The notes beneath the pieces are model-generated. The model saw nothing but the letters and a program-made list of their open reading frames with translations. It made no database searches and was not told the origin of the DNA. Made by a program: the position numbers and the translations under genes. A stretch of DNA of 62,911 nucleotides, counting the filler, from Licmophora abbreviata (lineage: Eukaryota), in the NCBI GenBank assembly GCA_900291995.1. It is 6 parts of 6 records of this genome, joined end to end, with 100 filler letters (N's around TTAATTAATTAA, not from the genome) between each part and the next. Parts side by side here need not be neighbours in the genome. Positions count along the whole stretch, not along the records: positions 1 to 25,669 come from OLMU01004122.1; positions 25,770 to 30,019 come from OLMU01004125.1; positions 30,120 to 43,916 come from OLMU01004128.1; 3 more parts are not named here. One strand, given 5' to 3'. Positions 21,854 to 31,584 of this stretch are shown piece after piece (position 1 is the stretch's first letter; each line of letters begins with the position of its first letter).

Positions 21854-24800
21854 TTATGGCATACTTCGCCGTTTTGTAGCTGGCTTTCCTTCGGTCGGTT
21901 CTCGAGCATCTGGACCACCCGATTGTGCTTTGTCTTCCCAGTACGGAATCATTAAAGTCGGAGTGGAAGGGAACGGGAGGGGTACTTCCTCCTTCGACTT
22001 GGGTGATCTTGCAGGGGTCTTTTTAAGTCTATCCTTCTCCAGATCAAGATTTTGTTGTCCAAACTGTGGCCCCGTAGAGAAAACTTGAGGTCCGATGGCT
22101 CGGCCCTCCCCAGCTTCTCCTGCGTCGTCAGATCCTGCGAAAGCAGCAAGGCCAACCCAATCTTTCGTATCCACAAGACGTTCGAACTCCCGCAGAGTTT
22201 GCTGCTCAACGATCGAACTAGTCGACGACGACGGCGCGGGAGATACAGGACGGCGATTCATGTTTGTCGGGAAGCCTGAATGATCTGAAAGAGGATTTAC
22301 CCCCAACCAAGTCTGAATGTAAGAGCCATTGGCTTCGCAATCGGCAGAATGCGAGTTCACAGTCTCGGATGACCGAGGGGACAAAGATCCGGAAGCTTCC
22401 ATCTCGTATAGACCAGCAAGGACATTCACTCCCTTCCAGTCGCAACTGTTCACCAACTGGCCAACTCTGTCGATTTTTTCCTTCTCTAAACAAGGCCAAT
22501 CTCCTGGGGTCGACGGGAGTGACCCTATCTCACGAAGTGGTGGGGATGAAGCTTCTGTAGATGACACTCCGTCGGTCGATAAGATCGGAGTGCAAGGAAA
22601 CCCTTCGTCGAACTCTGTAAGTATGACATGGCGGTTGCTTCGAGCTGGATACGGATACGATGCCAAGATCTGTCCAGACAACTCTTCGACTTTGGGCCAG
22701 TCTCCGTGAGACACAGCGAGCTCCAGCTCCGTTCGTAGAGCTATCGCAGAACGGTCGTTCGACTGGGCGCGTGCATTGGCAAGCATGGTCGATCGACTCA
22801 CCAGTCCTATGGCTTCTTCTTCGGGACTCTCCGAACAAGAGGGGGAGCTGAGTCGACTCTTTATTATTGAGTCATCTGTGACATCGCACAATTCTGAGCT
22901 CGCCTCTAAGACTTTCGCCCTTTCATTGCCAGCAGAATAGGCAAATATAACGCCCGAATTCCGCTTCTTTTTAGCCGCCTCGATCCGCCCGGAGAGATAC
23001 TCAACCGCTGCCCAGTCTGCACGGGCGACGGCCTCATCCAGCTGAGCACGTTGTGATCCTCCAGACGACTGAGAGCCACCTGCAGATGGAGCGGCAGCAA
23101 ACTGCTCTGAAGGACGACAGAGCTGGATGCCAGACACATGATTGGTGTCAGCTTCCGGGTGGTTATCTTTCCCCGTTGTCGCGAGCCTGTAAGTATCATC
23201 TCCCCCGTCATGTGGTTCCAGTGCAGTGCCCTTCTTCCCTTTTCCATGGGGAATGGAGCCGCGCCGAAAGAGGCGACCCCACCTGTCCTTGTTTCTCGAC
23301 ACAGCTGAACTGGTATCGCCACAAGAAGCGGTAGCCACCGTAACGTCGCCGCCGGACGCTGGTCCTGTAGGCGTTACAGCGTGTCCCGAGCCGACAGCTT
23401 CGTTTGAGGTTGAGGCTGTCTCATGTTTCGCAATTGATGTACCAAGGATGGCAGTGCTGGGCACTTTAGCTTCAGATCGAGGTAGAATGGGAGTGAGCGG
23501 GGGCGAACTCCAGACCCCATTTGCCCACAGCACGGAATGCCAAAACTCACCTTCCATTAGAACTGGTCCTACTTGACAAATATCTTCCTCTGCACCGCCG
23601 TGGCTGATCTCGGCCGACGTGGATTCTAACGTGCTAGAGCTTTGCCCTGTGGCGACATCCATCAAACTAGCCCGCTTGGACGAATCGCTACGGACTGATC
23701 GATTCGTGGACTCCTCGTCGCGCTCGCTTGTATCTTCGCCCCTCTGTTCTATATGATATGCCGTCGCAAGGCTCCTAAGCGCACTCCAGTCTCCCTGTTC
23801 CAGCAGTTCATCCAGCTTCGTCGCTCGAGCCTGATCGTCGAAATTCAAATGTCCACTCGGCATCGGAGTAGGCGCCAAATTACTGGGCGCACCAATTCCA
23901 AGCGAGCTGCTAGCCAAGTCCCCAACGCTTCCTGATAGACTACTGAGATCATCGGCTTCTTCAAGGAAAGAAGCCAAATCGGCGACGGCGCTCCAGTCTG
24001 CGGCCGACATGGCCGCCTCGAGGCTAGCGATCTTTTCCGAAAAGCTGGCTTGGTTCGTCACCCGCGGTATGCTCTGGCCTATTTGTTCGTCACCCTCGTC
24101 TCTTCGTCGATAAAAGGCAATGCCTGCGGCCGAGTCAGGGTCAAATTGGGCCATTGTTTCCACTGTGGGCTTGAAAGCCCGGACGCTTCCGGCACCCGCC
24201 ACCAACTCCATGTCTTTGAACGTGGGTCCAGATTCGACATTTTCGCCAGAATGATCACGTGTTAACCAGTTCCAGTCACCGCTTCCTGATGAATCGTTGC
24301 AATAGGATCTCTGTGACGACGTTTCAATCTTTGGGGAATCACCGCTGCCCGCTTTGGCCCGCTCCCATTCCGACGACCCATCCAAGGATTGCACATCAAT
24401 TACAAAATCCTTCTGATCTATATCTGTAGGGACGAATCTCAACACGTGACTGTCTTCCGTCAAGATGCTTTCATCGCCATGCACTTCATATGGCACAACC
24501 ATATCCCTGTCGCGATGAGCTGTTTGATTGGCAGCATGACGTTTTCGTCGACGGACAAACAAGGCCACGACCAATAGTATTGCAATGGCCGCAACGGAGA
24601 TCCCAGCAATGACTCCACCACCGAGGTCGTCGTCATTCGACTCGGAGCCTCGCGTGGGCGGGGGACCAATGCCCGAAGGAGATGTGGCCCCGCTCTTCAC
24701 TGTAGGAGTCACTGGAGATGTGCCCGTGGTGGGCGTCGCCCCTGTCGTAATTGTCGGCTGAGCTACAGTTAGGGTCGAGGGGGACATGGAAGGCGGGTTC

Positions 24801-25485
24801 ATAGGAATTTCCGATGGCATATCACTCAGCGACACCATTGGTTCGAAAGTAGAAGGAGCAACTGTTTGAGGAAGGGCTGGGCTGGGAGCTTCAGAGAAAA
24901 ACGAGAAGAACAACATAAGAAGAGCGATAATTCAGAGTAGCAGCACAGCTCTGTACAACACTTGACGGTCTCACCTGCTGAATCAGCTAGGAGACCCATA
25001 TCGGCTACGAGTTCGTAAATGGAAGTGCACATGACGAGAATATCCGATTCGATGGCTTCAATCGTTTCATCCGTCACGACGTAGCCAAACTGTCCGCCCT
25101 CGTCTTGTAACTCTCGCAAACAGGTAACTCTATCATCAAAGCTGAGGTCACCACAAATTAGAAAAACAAAGGATAGCTGCAGCTGCACCGAGAGCTGCCA
25201 GTATTCGAGTTCCATGTCAGCGGAGCAGACTTGTTCGAGCTTGCAGTACTGCAGCAAGAAAGCGGTAAAATCGTTCTGACTGATCAATCCATCTTCCACG
25301 ACCGAATCACTCAAGAGAAACCCCACGCAGGCATCGACAAAATCGTCCTTTCCGGCCAACGAGCGAAGATAGGATGGGCCGGGAGCAGATGCGATTACTC
25401 CCGAAGTTCGAAACAGAACCGAATTCAGCCATAATAGTAGCAGAGGTACCGGTAGCTGGCCGAATCCAGAACCACCCAGCAGCAT
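21854..25485 (-). CDS. Type I membrane protein: signal peptide, Cys-containing ectodomain, Pro/Thr/Ser stalk, TM, long cytoplasmic tail with six 'DW' helical repeats
   Basis: Exon 25485-24975, intron 24889-24974 (GTGAGA..GAAG), exon 24888-21854. TM segment GVIAGISVAAIAILLVVALFV followed by RRRKR stop-transfer. Confidence 0.8.
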
Positions 25486-25669
25486 CTTCGTACAGGGATT
25501 CGCGTCAATCTAGTCGGCTCTAGCTCGATATGCCGTTGGTCTCCACCGAGAGAGGTTATCAAGTACGAACGGAAGTAGCAATCATGGAACGACTGCTTCC
25601 CTCAACTGTGATCTGTGGTGAGTGATGAGGACCAGCCCCCGGCAAGCGGGACACCAATCACAGATCGTT

Positions 25670-25769
25670 NNNNNNNNNNNNNNNNNNNNNNNNNNNNNNN
25701 NNNNNNNNNNNNNTTAATTAATTAANNNNNNNNNNNNNNNNNNNNNNNNNNNNNNNNNNNNNNNNNNNN
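25670..25769. other. Artificial contig spacer N44-TTAATTAATTAA-N44
   Basis: Exactly 100 nt with a palindromic core giving stops in all six frames; identical to four other spacers. Confidence 0.99.
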
Positions 25770-26037
25770 ATGCTTCGTCGTAACATGCCGGATATCAATC
25801 GATTCGCTCCTTGTGGAGCTTAGAAGCGGACAGCTTCTAATTCTCTGTTCTATGTTTTCGACTAAGCGAGCCATGATTGACCTAATTACGACTGACGATA
25901 GCATTGATAACGAACGACAAAGGAATGTTTACAAGAATACCTATTGATTCTCCAGAACAATGTAGTTGAGTCAGAACACATACTGTAGCTACAACCATAC
26001 AAATCACTCCAGGATCTGGACACCGGACCAATAAATG

Positions 26038-26640
26038 TCACAATTCGATTTTAGAGGAAGCACTCAAATCGCGCCCATAGCAGCCCATAATAGATAAGCT
26101 TCGATGATGCCCCATACGTCGAAATGTTGCTCTTGGCGGTGCAGGGACGCCGATGAAGCGGGAATATAAATCACGGAAGGAGTACCGAAAAGACGGACGG
26201 CGGCTATTGGCGAAAAGATCGGTGACAGGTCGCGAGTCATTTGGACCTACATTCACAATCGTCGCGAAAGAACCATGGGGCGGGTGGAGTGCTGATGACG
26301 AGCCTTGATTCGCTCCGCACGCTCGACTCGCGAGGCGGCAGCTTGGTCGACTTTTCTCAGTCTTGAGAGCAATACCAGACGAAGCATCGGGGTTAGAGGA
26401 CTCGAAGGATTCCGAAGCATCGTCGCTTGTTGTGACAGTATCTCCCGAGGTGGACGGTTTGGACGAAGTGATGCCTTGGGACTTCTTTCCGGACGTTTTG
26501 TTTGAAATGCTCGTCGAGTGGTTCGAGGGAAAATGCTCGAACGTCTCTTCAGAGAAACTAGGGGAATCACTGGTGCTCTTCGCTTTCTTGCTGACCTGAC
26601 CCGCGGCAAGGTCGTCGAACTCGTCCAAGTTTGATATCAT
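26038..26640 (-). CDS. Hypothetical Ser-rich low-complexity protein (200 aa)
   Basis: ATG-initiated ORF divergent from importin-alpha; no recognisable domain. Confidence 0.45.
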   Translation of the reverse strand: MISNLDEFDDLAAGQVSKKAKSTSDSPSFSEETFEHFPSNHSTSISNKTSGKKSQGITSSKPSTSGDTVTTSDDASESFESSNPDASSGIALKTEKSRPSCRLASRACGANQGSSSALHPPHGSFATIVNVGPNDSRPVTDLFANSRRPSFRYSFRDLYSRFIGVPAPPRATFRRMGHHRSLSIMGCYGRDLSASSKIEL

Positions 26641-26868
26641 AGCAGACGGTCGACGTCGCTGCTACAGTCGCAACCAAAACATAGTCGCTCCAACAGCTGA
26701 ATGCATTCCGCAAAACCCGCGCGTGTCGCGCGAGAACCTTTTTTTGGTCAGACCCCACAAAAAGCGCCCCCTAGTGACCATTGCAACCAAATTGAACATG
26801 GCGTTGTGTTGATGCGAGACGCTGCATACATTCATCTCTTTGCTTAGAACGCTACTTCCACTTCTAGC

Positions 26869-29139
26869 ATGTCTACCTCTTCTGAACGCAAACCCCTAAA
26901 ACAAGGCGCGAAGCCCTACGAGCTGCGACGATCGATGAATGCGAGACGTCGCGATCTCAGTGCTTCGATTCGAAAAAACAAGAAATCCGATCGCATTCAA
27001 AGCAAGCGGCGCTATTTTAATCATCCTGAAGCTAGAAGTAGCGATGCTACGGATACGAGTGCTGCACTTGATTCGACTATGGATCATCATCCGGCGAGTC
27101 CATCCGCAGATCTGAGCAGCAGCGCGTCGTCGTTGTCAACGTCGACTGCTGCGTTGGCTTGGAACTACATGCGAATTCGTGACAGCGAGAGTATCACGGC
27201 CCTCGAGGCGGCGCTGGCGCGTTACAATCCACAAAAGGATCACAATTCTTCACTATCAGTCACGGATTTAACAAATGCAGAAACGATGATGCCTCCCTCG
27301 ACTACCGGTAGTATTCAGCAGCAACACGGCATTCCTGCTGCGACTCGACTCGCCAACTGCCTGGCACAAACGCTCTTGCAGACTTCGACGACGAATCTAC
27401 ACGACGCCTTGTTGGCGAGTCGAGTATTGACCAATTTGTCCGCCATGGAGGGTCCCAGTGACGGCGACTCGTACTACGGTGCCTCGAATGCTACTTATGC
27501 TACTCCGACCCAATCTTGGTCGACCATTATAGTACACGAGTCGCAGGCCCTGTCAGCCCTGCAGCAGATACTCGGTCAGTACTATGGGGGCCAAGGAACG
27601 ACACCGGAAAGGATAGAACTCACTCAGCAGGCATGCTGGGCCATTGGTAATCTGGTCGTGGGGGATAGCAGTGCTGATCGAGACGACGACTGGAAGGCCG
27701 CTATCATTGAGCCCCTGGCAATGGCAATCCGAATGGGGCACGCGGGGGTGACGCGCCAAGCGGTGTGGGCGCTATGCAATGTGATTAAGAGTACGACTGC
27801 TGCTGCTAGGGGTGGTGGAGTCGTAACACAGATACTGCAACTCGTGCCAGTATCCATGATGACCGCGATGATTGAGGTTCCTGTTGGACACGACGAGTCA
27901 AATATCTACAAAGGGGTTCGCAGTAAGAAGGAGAAGAACGACAATATCAACAACAATGACGAGTGGATAGAGATGACGAATGAGGCGTGCTGGATAGTGG
28001 CCTATCTTACAGCTCGAGACGACACAGTGGTGGATGCAATGTTACCAACGCATTCTGAAAATACACTTATACAAGCACTCCTCTATCGACTGAAACTAGG
28101 TGTGGCGCGAGTGCAAGAGATAGTACAACAGGGATCGACACGAAGCTTGGGTTGGACTAGATCGCAGCTGGAGGCACCCACACGAACGTGTCTTCCATGT
28201 TTACGGGCGATAGGCAACATTGCGACGGCATGTCAAGGAAGACACGTGCCGAAGCTGTTGACCGCCAACAACCACACGCTCGTTGACTCTTTATCCCGTT
28301 TGCTGGAGAATGGCTGCGATTTGCCCTATTCAGACGTGCAGACACTTGCCGTCGAGGCGGCGTGGGGTGCAGGGGCGTTACTGTGCGATGCCGGCGTCCC
28401 ACATAGTCCCAGTACCACCATGGCGTGTCCTGGTTTGCTGCCCGTGCTGTGCAGTGCCCTGGTTTTCAAAAGAACTGTCGCCAAGTTGGAATTGAAACGC
28501 GAGTGCCTATCGGCGTGCTGGAACATGATTTCAGCACCTCCAGCGGATTTGGAACACGCCGTGACGGAGCAACAATTAGAGAGTGCGGCTTCGGCATCGC
28601 GGCCCATTCGAGACGAATTCTTGACGCAGCTGGCTTTGACACCTCGTTTCGTACTATCGCTGGTGGAACTCGTACTCAGCAGTCTCGACGGGGACGTCGT
28701 CTTTCTCGCCTTGTCAATACTGAATGCACTGTTGCGACGATTAAGTTCGTCGCTACCATCAGTTCGACGGGAGTTTCTGGAAGCAGACGGTATTGGTGTG
28801 CTGGATGCAGTGTGCGATCGGGCGAGTCAGCCACATGGTACCGGAACGACGTCGTTTACTACCAACGACAGTGCTGACATGGCGGCGGACCTGATCGATG
28901 ACCTGTTTGGCGAAGACATGCTAAACGACGATGACGATATGGTGGACAACGACGGACAACAACGACAGACAACAGGCGAAGCGACGTTCTCCTTTGGTGT
29001 CGCCGAAGGGGCAACGACGCAGGTGTTTGATTTTGGTCAACCTTTGTCCGCACAGCCAGCTCCCACATTCCCAAAAGCGAAACCTGGACATGGAAGAGGA
29101 CGAGGCAAGACGATACCCGCATGGATGCATCAGCGCTAA
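26869..29139 (+). CDS. Divergent importin-alpha (IBB domain plus ARM repeats)
   Basis: IBB-like RRR..ASIRKNKK..RIQSKRR; ARM motifs QQACWAIGNL, QAVWALCNV, EACWIVAYL, CLRAIGNI; acidic tail with FSFG/FDFG. Confidence 0.85.
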   Translation: MSTSSERKPLKQGAKPYELRRSMNARRRDLSASIRKNKKSDRIQSKRRYFNHPEARSSDATDTSAALDSTMDHHPASPSADLSSSASSLSTSTAALAWNYMRIRDSESITALEAALARYNPQKDHNSSLSVTDLTNAETMMPPSTTGSIQQQHGIPAATRLANCLAQTLLQTSTTNLHDALLASRVLTNLSAMEGPSDGDSYYGASNATYATPTQSWSTIIVHESQALSALQQILGQYYGGQGTTPERIELTQQACWAIGNLVVGDSSADRDDDWKAAIIEPLAMAIRMGHAGVTRQAVWALCNVIKSTTAAARGGGVVTQILQLVPVSMMTAMIEVPVGHDESNIYKGVRSKKEKNDNINNNDEWIEMTNEACWIVAYLTARDDTVVDAMLPTHSENTLIQALLYRLKLGVARVQEIVQQGSTRSLGWTRSQLEAPTRTCLPCLRAIGNIATACQGRHVPKLLTANNHTLVDSLSRLLENGCDLPYSDVQTLAVEAAWGAGALLCDAGVPHSPSTTMACPGLLPVLCSALVFKRTVAKLELKRECLSACWNMISAPPADLEHAVTEQQLESAASASRPIRDEFLTQLALTPRFVLSLVELVLSSLDGDVVFLALSILNALLRRLSSSLPSVRREFLEADGIGVLDAVCDRASQPHGTGTTSFTTNDSADMAADLIDDLFGEDMLNDDDDMVDNDGQQRQTTGEATFSFGVAEGATTQVFDFGQPLSAQPAPTFPKAKPGHGRGRGKTIPAWMHQR

Positions 29140-29348
29140 GCCGTATGGCGATGAGAAAGCCGATGTCAATAGCAGCGACAACGAAGCATCAATTGGTGAT
29201 TTCTTTGCAATCTAGAACAGAAAGGGTGACGTCCGACTGAGTGGGTCAGTCTCCCCCAAAAGTGCGATCTTCATCGTTGCAACCTGACTATGGATCTATT
29301 TATGTAATATTTCTTGGCGAACTGCTAGCTTGCGTGATACGGCAAGCA

Positions 29349-30019
29349 CTATGTTTTGATGGTGTCACATGGATCTTCGTCCCACTTATCGAGCAACTCT
29401 AGAAAGAACTCCTTCGAAGTCACTTTCACAGAGCGACTCTTCAAAAAGTACTCTCGAATCCAATTCGCAGCGTCCCGTCCATTCTCCATGAGAGCAGCTC
29501 GCGCCTTGGCGTGTTCCTCGTCACAAATATTAATCGTCTTGGCCTCAGAGGGCTTCTCCGGCTGCTTGTGGTGCGAGGGAAACGGCGGCAATTCAGCCTT
29601 CAACCCGAGGAATTTCCGCAAGTCCTTTCGAAAGGTATCGGAAAGTGTCTGGTTATCCTGTGACAACTGTCCTACTTCCAGCAAAAACACCTTTCCAGTG
29701 GAAGCATGTACCGACATAGGAGCGCCACCCAATAGCTTGACTTCGTCATTCTGCATGGGAGTAAGTCCAAGCCGTGCCAGAGACACGTGAAACTTGGACC
29801 GATCCGTACAAACATTCCGCACATTTTCCAGACCCGCTTTCATGATGTACGGATCAATGCGATGATCACAAGCTCCCACGAGCTCATTTGGAGAAAGCAG
29901 CTCCTCCGGATAACGTTCTTTGGAACGATAATTATAATAGGACTGAAACCACAGCACCGGATGCCGTATCTGCACAATCAAGTTCGTCTTGCTAAAAAAC
30001 GGAATCGCCGAAGGATATG
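29349..30019 (-). CDS. P-loop sulfotransferase-like protein, C-terminal part (5' end truncated by spacer)
   Basis: 3'-PB-like motif IVQIRHPVLWFQSYYNYR, plus DLRKFLGL and INICD; the frame stays open into the gap. Confidence 0.7.
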
Positions 30020-30119
30020 NNNNNNNNNNNNNNNNNNNNNNNNNNNNNNNNNNNNNNNNNNNNTTAATTAATTAANNNNNNNNNNNNNNNNNNNNNNNNN
30101 NNNNNNNNNNNNNNNNNNN
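30020..30119. other. Artificial contig spacer
   Basis: N44-TTAATTAATTAA-N44. Confidence 0.99.
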
Positions 30120-30377
30120 ACGTGACTCTGTACCAAGCTCTACGCAATTCCTACAAATCTACACGAAAAACCGTGCACTGGATTTGGGCTGCATTTTACC
30201 TCGTACAAGTCAGAATACAAAATCAAAAAACATCTCTTAACGCCCAACGCGCGCGGCAAACCTTTACGAACAGACGAACACACCGTTCTGTAAGTTTTAG
30301 AAATCTGCTGAGTGGCCCTACCCGATTGTTCTGGCCGCAGAGTGTGTGACTGAATCTTCAATGAATGCAATCAATCA

Positions 30378-30438
30378 AATCGAATCGAATCATTCGAATG
30401 TATCTTCGATGAATTGAATCGAATCGAATCGAATCGAA
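30378..30438 (+). repeat. Imperfect (GAATC)n pentanucleotide array upstream of the SDR gene
   Basis: aatcgaatcgaatc...gaattgaatcgaatcgaatcgaatcgaa. Confidence 0.8.
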
Positions 30439-30554
30439 GCCTTCTTCTGAGAACCCATGAGAAGTTCTTGATTTCTCATCAATTTTTTTACAATCACCAC
30501 CACACCATCACCACTGCATCAAAGACGAACTAAGTACAGTGCTCAATAAACACC

Positions 30555-31442
30555 ATGCCAAGCAGCAAGACCATCATCATCACCGGAGGCACTGGCGGCA
30601 TTGGCTACCAGGAAGCCCTGGCCCTTGCTAGTTTGCCGGAGAAGCACACCGTCGTCGTCACGGGCCGCAGCCAGGGATCGGCAGAAAAGGCCGTGGAATC
30701 TCTCAAGGAAGCCTCTGGCAACGCCAACGTTCACTTCGCACTGGCCGACTTGTCGTTGCAGAGCGGCGTTCTGGCCCTCGGCAAGGATCTCGCAAAGCGC
30801 TTTCCCAAGATTGATGAATTGATCAACAACGCTGGCAATCTATCGACAGGAGAACGGGAGATTACTGCGGACGGGGTCGACAAGAACTTTGCGGTCAACG
30901 TCATCGCCCCCTTGCTCCTCACTCGTGCCCTGGTCCCCGCTCTAAAGGCTGCAAAAACCGGTAGAGTTCAAATCACGTCGGGAGGAACGCCCTTTGATAC
31001 AATTGATATGAACGACTTGGAGGGCGAGAAAAAGGCCGTTGGTATCGTTGCCTACTCGCACTCCAAGCGCGTCATGGAAACAATGGCCATCGCCCTCTCC
31101 AGAGAGCTGGAACCTGAAGGCATAATGGTCAACGTGGTGGGTGGAGCTGTGGCTAGCGCCACCTCCATGACGACTGCCATTGGGTTCAGCGATATGCCCT
31201 GGTTCATGAAGATGCTGTATCCTCTTCTCAAGCTATTCGTCTTTGCCGAAGATGAGGGTAGCAGTGCCAAGAAGGCCGCCGCGCCTGCCATCTGGGCCGC
31301 GATGGCGACTTCGGAGGAGCTCGGTACCGGAAAATCATTGCTTGCGGCTCCCAAGGAAGGCAAGTTCACGCCCGAGGTGGCCAACAAGGACAACCAGGAA
31401 ATCGTCATGAAGTACATTGAAAGTAAAATCGTCAAGAAGTAA
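30555..31442 (+). CDS. Short-chain dehydrogenase/reductase (retinol-DH/WWOX-like classical SDR)
   Basis: TGGTGGIG, LINNAG and catalytic YSHSK; intronless. Confidence 0.95.
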   Translation: MPSSKTIIITGGTGGIGYQEALALASLPEKHTVVVTGRSQGSAEKAVESLKEASGNANVHFALADLSLQSGVLALGKDLAKRFPKIDELINNAGNLSTGEREITADGVDKNFAVNVIAPLLLTRALVPALKAAKTGRVQITSGGTPFDTIDMNDLEGEKKAVGIVAYSHSKRVMETMAIALSRELEPEGIMVNVVGGAVASATSMTTAIGFSDMPWFMKMLYPLLKLFVFAEDEGSSAKKAAAPAIWAAMATSEELGTGKSLLAAPKEGKFTPEVANKDNQEIVMKYIESKIVKK

Positions 31443-31584
31443 TACGGTCTGCCTCTAGTCATCTATCGGTATCCAGTAGGTCTTAACATTAAAGAATTTT
31501 TGTTTTTCACATTCTAAGCAACACGCAATGCTGCTCCAACGAGAGCTTTAGGTGCATATTCGAGTTTAGCCCTTTGGCTTCGCA

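Noticed and set aside
25714..25725. Palindromic TTAATTAATTAA recurring five times as a possible biological repeat or recombination site
   Set aside because: It is always centred in N44...N44, so it is an artificial six-frame-stop linker.
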